DNA of 22,756 bases from Fibrobacterales bacterium (GTDB lineage: Bacteria > Fibrobacterota > Fibrobacteria > Fibrobacterales > JAOPTW01): positions 1 to 22,756 of the forward strand of contig JAOPTX010000060.1 in the NCBI GenBank assembly GCA_051532055.1, given 5' to 3'. The notes under the pieces were generated by a model, which was given only the letters and a program-made list of their open reading frames with translations, ran no database searches and had not been told where the DNA came from. A program made the translations under genes and the position numbers. Shown one piece after another: positions 17,797 through 22,756 of this stretch. Numbering within the stretch: position 1 is the stretch's first letter; every line of letters begins with the position of its first letter.

Positions 17797-18654
17797 TTAC
17801 TTACCGATAAGATACTTATAAAGCTCAGATCTTGGTGAGATGACCAGTGTTGTTGAACTGTCTGTCGTTAAGGTAAGAGTCTTAAGGGAACGATAAAATG
17901 CATAAAAATCAGGGTCTACATTGTAGGCATCTGAATATATTTTAGCAATGGTACCTTCGGCTTTCGCTTTGATAAATTTACTCTCACGCGTTGCATTCGC
18001 TTTAATGATCGCTGTTTCTTTGTCAGTCTCAGCTTTAATGCGTAAATATTCCTCTTCACCGCGAGATCTAAATTGATGGGCTTCTTTATAACGCTCAGCT
18101 TTCATTCGGTCATAGGCCTTTGCAACATTGACTTCAGGGAACTCAACTTTTTTGATGCGTAAATCAACAATTTCAATCCCGAGGGTTTTTGCATTCATTT
18201 TTGCAATAGTAAAAGCTTCCTGAGTAACAGTTTGCCTATCGGTGGTGATAATAGATCTAAGATCTTTGGTTCCAAGAATATCTTTGAGAGCATTATGCGC
18301 AATGACCGAAACACGACGTTGTGCACGAGGAATATTTGATAAACTATTGCGGAATGTTTTTGGGTTTTCGATTTTCCATTTTACATAGTTATCAACGATC
18401 AGTTTTTTCTTATCACCCGTTACAATGTTTTCTGGACGAGAATCTACGGTCAGAATTTTGGCATTATAAATGGTGCGTTTTTCAATAAAAGGAATTTTAA
18501 ATTTAAGGCCAGGCTCTGTATAGACATCGCTAATCTCGCCAAGGCGAGTAACAACGGCATATTCTGTCTGGTTCACGATAAAAATAAACCCTGATAAAAA
18601 GAGAAGAACAGGAATGGTAATAATAACGATAGCAGCAATGATCAGTTTCTTCAT
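17797..18654 (-). CDS. hflC: FtsH protease modulator HflC (SPFH/band 7)
   Basis: N-terminal TM helix, EPGLKFKIPFI, TGDKKKLIVDNYVKWKI, GIEIVDLRIKK, RMKAER, AYNVDPDFYAFYRSL, C-terminal SPRSELYKYL. ATGA overlap with hflK. Confidence 0.93.
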   Translation of the reverse strand: MKKLIIAAIVIITIPVLLFLSGFIFIVNQTEYAVVTRLGEISDVYTEPGLKFKIPFIEKRTIYNAKILTVDSRPENIVTGDKKKLIVDNYVKWKIENPKTFRNSLSNIPRAQRRVSVIAHNALKDILGTKDLRSIITTDRQTVTQEAFTIAKMNAKTLGIEIVDLRIKKVEFPEVNVAKAYDRMKAERYKEAHQFRSRGEEEYLRIKAETDKETAIIKANATRESKFIKAKAEGTIAKIYSDAYNVDPDFYAFYRSLKTLTLTTDSSTTLVISPRSELYKYLIGK

Positions 18655-19604
18655 CTTGTACCTCCAAGGTTTAAGAGATTTAGTTGAGAACCGTTTCCAT
18701 CAACAATAAACTTTTTAACGTCGGGTAACACTTCTTCCATCGCTTCAAGGTATAGGCGTTTTTTAGTTACAGCTTTTGCCCCTTTATATTTTGCATAGAT
18801 CTCTTTGAACTCAGCAACATTACCTTCTGCTTCTGCAATTCGAGTAATAGCATATGCTTCAGCTCCCTTAATTGTTTTGGTTGCGTAACCACGAGCCTTT
18901 GGGACTTCTTTGTTTTGATACCCGAGTGCTTTTTCTACAGAGATAGCAGAGTCTTGTTTTGCGCTCTCTACACTTTCAAAGGCTTCACGGACCTCTTTGG
19001 GATTGAGTACCTTAACGAGTTGAACTCGTTGAATGGAAATACCCATATCATATTTGTCGAGTACTTTTTGTAGTTCTTTAAAAACCTCATCAGCAATTTC
19101 AGCTTTCTTCTCTGTCAAGATGTCATCAGTGTTATAGAGCCCTATCACTGCTTTAAGAGCAGACTCAGAAGCGTCTCTGATGGTTTCTTCAGGTTCTTCA
19201 ATTTTGGTAACATATGTTACCGGATCATTTATTTTATAGTTTATCACTGCTTCAACATCAACAATGTTTGCATCTGCTGTTAATACCAGCGCTTCTTTAG
19301 GCTTGTGACGATTCGTATGTGCATCCTCAGAATCAGACTCTTCAAATCCTAATGTTATTTTACGGTCTTTTTCAACATCTATTAAAATAATATCTTGAAT
19401 AGGATAGGGAAGCCTCATGTGTGGCCCCTCTTCAAGTGGCACAGGGTCTACAACACCTAAATTAAACACTACTGCTTTTTCATAACTTTCTACAATAACA
19501 AAAAATGACTTTTGAAAATAGTAGAGTACGAGGCCTGCAGCAATCACAAGAAGGAGCAGCCATGCTATCTTGTCATTGGGCCCTTTTGATTTTGATTCGC
19601 TCAT
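18651..19604 (-). CDS. hflK: FtsH protease modulator HflK (SPFH/band 7)
   Basis: TM helix, GPHMRLPYPI, EALVLTADANIVDVE, EVREAFESV, VPKARGYA, AEGNVAEF, VTKKRLYLEAMEEVL. Immediately upstream of hflC. Confidence 0.93.
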   Translation of the reverse strand: MSESKSKGPNDKIAWLLLLVIAAGLVLYYFQKSFFVIVESYEKAVVFNLGVVDPVPLEEGPHMRLPYPIQDIILIDVEKDRKITLGFEESDSEDAHTNRHKPKEALVLTADANIVDVEAVINYKINDPVTYVTKIEEPEETIRDASESALKAVIGLYNTDDILTEKKAEIADEVFKELQKVLDKYDMGISIQRVQLVKVLNPKEVREAFESVESAKQDSAISVEKALGYQNKEVPKARGYATKTIKGAEAYAITRIAEAEGNVAEFKEIYAKYKGAKAVTKKRLYLEAMEEVLPDVKKFIVDGNGSQLNLLNLGGTR

Positions 19605-19833
19605 ATTTTTCCTATGTATAAATGATTAGTTCTAATTGAAAAGGTATAATAAATGCCTCTTTTTACCCACAAAAAGCAGTATTTGTTTCAAATATGAATA
19701 AGGATAGTATGGGTGTTTGTAGAGAAAATCTTGTTTGCAATAGCGTAGAGGGTGATGATTGTTTTTGATATTTATATAAGATGATTTGTAATGTTTATTA
19801 TTTTTATTCAAAACATCTTCTAGGAATAGCGTA
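19605..19833. promoter_or_regulatory. Divergent promoter region hflK <- -> punA
   Basis: 229-nt AT-rich gap between divergent start codons. TATAAT on + at 19645-19650 and a tttatTATTTT stretch ending at ~19804. Exact promoters cannot be assigned. Confidence 0.55.
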
Positions 19834-20652
19834 ATGGATCTACTTCAAAAAATTGATGAGTGCACTGCTTTTATATCTGAAAAAACTTCAGTTAAACCAC
19901 GTGTTGGAATAATTCTCGGAACAGGTCTTGGGGGACTTGTAAATCATATTGAGATTGAAACTACCATTGACTATTCTGATATTCCTCATTTTGTAGCGCC
20001 AACAGTCATGGAACATGAGGGCAAGTTAATTTTTGGCACCATAGAAGGTAAAGCAGTAATGGTGATGCAGGGCCGCTTTCACTTTTATGAAGGGTATAGC
20101 CTTGAAGAAATCACTTTCCCCGTTCGAGTAATGAAGGCAATTGGTTGCGAGTACATGTTTGTATCTAATGCGTGTGGTGGTATCAATCCTAAATTTAAAG
20201 CAGGTGATGTGATGCTTATTGAAGATCATATCAACTTGCTTGGAACCAGTCCACTAGTTGGTAAAAATTATGCTGAGTTAGGGGATCGATTCCCTGATAT
20301 GATTGAACCCTATAATAATGAATTAAGAGCTCTCGCAAAACGTGCATGTCTTGAAGATCAAATTCCAGTGCAAGAAGGGGTCTACGCAGTTATGTCGGGG
20401 CCCAACCTTGAAACCCGTGCTGAGTACCGAATGCTTGGTATTATTGGCGCAGATGTTATCGGGATGTCTACGGTGCCTGAAGCTACTGTTGCAGTGCATG
20501 CTGGCCTTAAAACCTTGGGAATTTCAGTCATCACTGATGAATGTCTTCCTGATGCTCTTAAGCCAGTTAATTTGGATAAAATTATAGCAACGGCCATGGG
20601 GGCGGAGCCTAAGCTCGTCGGAATCATTAAAGGTGTTTTGAGCAGGCTCTGA
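19834..20652 (+). CDS. punA: Purine-nucleoside phosphorylase, trimeric (PunA/XapA) type
   Basis: GIILGTGLG, YSDIPHF, HEGKL, QGRFHFYEGY, SNACGGINP, DHIN, RFPDM, GPNLETRAE, GADVIGMSTVPE; AGGA SD. Confidence 0.94.
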   Translation: MDLLQKIDECTAFISEKTSVKPRVGIILGTGLGGLVNHIEIETTIDYSDIPHFVAPTVMEHEGKLIFGTIEGKAVMVMQGRFHFYEGYSLEEITFPVRVMKAIGCEYMFVSNACGGINPKFKAGDVMLIEDHINLLGTSPLVGKNYAELGDRFPDMIEPYNNELRALAKRACLEDQIPVQEGVYAVMSGPNLETRAEYRMLGIIGADVIGMSTVPEATVAVHAGLKTLGISVITDECLPDALKPVNLDKIIATAMGAEPKLVGIIKGVLSRL

Positions 20653-20668
20653 TCATGTAATATTTCGT

Positions 20669-20712
20669 TATGAAGGATTCGATGTACTTTTAGCACGCAT
20701 TCATCCTTCATA
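20669..20712 (+). terminator. Stem-loop downstream of punA (possible terminator or stabilising hairpin)
   Basis: 10-bp perfect inverted repeat tatgaaggat (20669-20678) / atccttcata (20703-20712), 16 nt after the stop. The tail is pyrimidine-rich but not poly-U. Confidence 0.45.
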
Positions 20713-20863
20713 CCTTGTCTTCCATGGCTATATCCTGTCAAAATAGTTTGATTTTAAGGTTAAAATTCGGTGTACTTGGGTGCACCTCTTTCCTTTTCAC
20801 ACAATAGGATAAAAAGAGGGGATTCTTACCTCCTTCAGACCACATACATCAGCCTTTCTGTTA

Positions 20864-20887
20864 AAATTTGCTATTTTTGCACCAGAA
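20864..20887 (+). promoter_or_regulatory. Candidate promoter (-7 box TATTTTTG at 20872-20879) for ileS
   Basis: Exact TAnnTTTG followed by CAC, about 60 nt before the ileS ATG. Same context as upstream of rimP. Confidence 0.5.
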
Positions 20888-20941
20888 TGAAAAACCCCGG
20901 GTTTTCGACCCTACCTGTAATTCAGAATAAGTGAAGTAACT

Positions 20942-22756
20942 ATGTTTAGAAATATCGACAAGTCAGAGAGTTTCCCACAAATTGAGGCAAAAATACTCAA
21001 CCTTTGGGATAAGGACGAGGCATTTAAAAAGTCTCTTGATCAAAAAGATAAGAGTAATAGTTTTGTCTTTTATGATGGGCCTCCTTTTGCAACAGGTCTT
21101 CCGCACTATGGACACCTTCTTGCAGGTACACTCAAAGATATTATTCCCCGTTACTGGAGCATGAAAGGAAAATATGTACCGCGTCGTTTCGGTTGGGATT
21201 GTCATGGTCTTCCTGTAGAGAGCCTTGTTCAAAATGAATTGAAACTTGATGGTGTTGCAGCGATTAAAGAATTTGGCGAAGGCAATTTTAATGAAGAGTG
21301 TCGTAAAAGTGTAATGACCTACACTGAAGAGTGGCGTAAGACTGTTGGAAAAATGGGCCGCTGGGTTGACTTTGATAACGGCTACAAAACCATGGATAAA
21401 GACTTTATGGAGTCGGTGTGGTGGGTATTTAAAGAGTGTTTTGATAAAGGGTTAATCTATCAAGGGTACCGCATTCAGCCGTATTCACCTTCTCTTGCGA
21501 CCCCTCTCTCCAATTTTGAAACGAATCAAGGATATCGGGATCGTCAAGATCCATCACTTACCGTCGAGTTCGCTCTGGTGGATAGTGATGAACATATCAT
21601 AGTGTGGACTACTACTCCGTGGACACTCCCGTCTAACATGGCGTTGGCTGTGGGCCCAGATGTCGAATACTCACTTGTAGCAATTAATGATAAAAAATAT
21701 TGGGCAGCGACGGCCCTTATACCTAAGCACTTTAAAGAGGGTGAATACGAAGTTATCAATACCTGTCAAGGATCTGAACTTGCAGGCAGAGACTATGAGC
21801 CGCTCTTTATGTACATGCCCGATCATGAGCAACTGTACAAAATTCAAGAAGCTGAATTTGTATCAACAGAAGATGGTACCGGTGTGGTTCACATTGCGCC
21901 ATCTTTTGGTGAAGATGACTTTATCCTTGGGAAAAAAATTGGACTCCCACTTTTTGATCCATTAGATGTTGAAGGTAAATTTACCAGTGTTGTCCCTGAG
22001 TGGGAAGGGCTTGGTGCTAAAGACGCTGATAAAGATATTATCGTACATCTCAAAGATAAGGGAAGTGTTTTCAAACACGCAACTATCGAACACTCTTATC
22101 CACACTGTTATAGAACGGGTGTACCCCTTCTCTACAGGGCTCTTAAGACCTGGTTCTTAACACTTGATAAAGATATTACCAGTGCAGAGGGTGAGACAAA
22201 AACACTTAAGCAATGGATGATCGATTCGAACCAGCAGATCAACTGGGTGCCCGGCCATATTAAAGATGGACGCTTTGGTAAGTGGCTTGATAATGCGCGG
22301 GACTGGAATATTTCTCGTAACCGTTTTTGGGGGACGCCACTCCCTATCTGGCTCTCGGAAGATGGTGATAAGATCTGTGTAGGCTCTGTTGCAGAGCTTA
22401 AAGAATTGAGTGGTGTTGAAGTAGAAGATCTCCACAAGCATTATGTAGATGAGATTGTAATTACTAAAAATGGTAAAGAATATCGTAGAACCTCAGAAGT
22501 TTTTGACTGTTGGTTTGAGTCGGGCGCAATGCCCTATGCGCAAAACCATTACCCTTTTGAGAATAAGGCAGAGGTTGAGGCGAACTTCCCTGCAGACTTT
22601 ATTGCCGAAGGGCTCGACCAAACACGTGGATGGTTTTATACCCAAACCGTACTCAGTGCGGCTATCTTCCAAAAGCCTGCCTTTAAAAACGGTATTGTGA
22701 ATGGTATCATTCTCGCAGAGAATGGACAGAAGATGTCGAAAAGTCTTAAGAACTAT
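20942..22756 (+). CDS. ileS: Isoleucine--tRNA ligase, type 2 (eukaryote-like); 5' part only, runs off the window end
   Basis: Manual translation from ATG20942: MFRNIDKSESFP...FYDGPPFATGLPHYGH, RRFGWDCHGLPVE, WTTTPWTLPSN, DGTGVVHIAP, DWNISRNRFWGTPLPIW, DCWFESG, FIAEGLDQTRGWFY, KMSKSLKNY. In frame to the last base. Absent from the ORF track because no stop lies in the window. Confidence 0.98.
   Translation, partial: MFRNIDKSESFPQIEAKILNLWDKDEAFKKSLDQKDKSNSFVFYDGPPFATGLPHYGHLLAGTLKDIIPRYWSMKGKYVPRRFGWDCHGLPVESLVQNELKLDGVAAIKEFGEGNFNEECRKSVMTYTEEWRKTVGKMGRWVDFDNGYKTMDKDFMESVWWVFKECFDKGLIYQGYRIQPYSPSLATPLSNFETNQGYRDRQDPSLTVEFALVDSDEHIIVWTTTPWTLPSNMALAVGPDVEYSLVAINDKKYWAATALIPKHFKEGEYEVINTCQGSELAGRDYEPLFMYMPDHEQLYKIQEAEFVSTEDGTGVVHIAPSFGEDDFILGKKIGLPLFDPLDVEGKFTSVVPEWEGLGAKDADKDIIVHLKDKGSVFKHATIEHSYPHCYRTGVPLLYRALKTWFLTLDKDITSAEGETKTLKQWMIDSNQQINWVPGHIKDGRFGKWLDNARDWNISRNRFWGTPLPIWLSEDGDKICVGSVAELKELSGVEVEDLHKHYVDEIVITKNGKEYRRTSEVFDCWFESGAMPYAQNHYPFENKAEVEANFPADFIAEGLDQTRGWFYTQTVLSAAIFQKPAFKNGIVNGIILAENGQKMSKSLKNY

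Noticed and set aside
20820..20836. ACCTCCTT resembling the 16S rRNA 3' end, or a strong minus-strand SD
   Set aside because: Flanks do not match 16S (no GGATCACCTCC), and no start codon sits at a suitable distance on the minus strand.
20653..20941. T-box riboswitch upstream of ileS
   Set aside because: No T-box consensus (AGGGTGGNACCGCG-like) and no terminator just before the start codon.
20382..22700. Short ORFs listed across the punA end and the ileS region
   Set aside because: All are antisense or out of frame to punA or ileS.
1..22756. CRISPR array, tRNA, rRNA, toxin-antitoxin or defence genes
   Set aside because: No regularly spaced DNA repeats or cloverleaf signatures seen. All intergenic gaps are under 350 nt and all long ORFs are otherwise explained.

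Overview
AT-rich bacterial chromosomal window, most likely from the Fibrobacterota (FCB superphylum). This placement is inferred from the fibro-slime protein, the NusA insertion and the type-2 IleRS. 117-9385 (+) is the housekeeping cluster rimP-nusA-infB-rbfA-truB-ribF-rpsO-pnp, with a terminator-like hairpin in the rimP leader and intrinsic terminators after rpsO and pnp. 9728-17640 (+) is an accessory block of two very large secreted, Asp/Ser/Thr-rich beta-repeat proteins. One has an unrecognised N-terminal head plus a duplicated ~210-aa unit. The other has fibro-slime (PA14-like), Calx-beta and cadherin-like modules. The two share a recognisably homologous ~460-aa C-terminal region ending in a YDxIGQF...GRxLGxGxYI...KxGY domain, a candidate sorting/anchoring signal, and each carries about 20 D-(S/T)-hydrophobic sequons. 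Next are a bidirectional terminator, hflK-hflC on the minus strand, a divergently transcribed trimeric-type purine nucleoside phosphorylase with Asp at the specificity Asn position, and the first 605 codons of a type-2 isoleucyl-tRNA synthetase that the ORF track missed. I saw no tRNA, rRNA, CRISPR array or mobile element. All calls come from reading motifs by eye; no database search was run.
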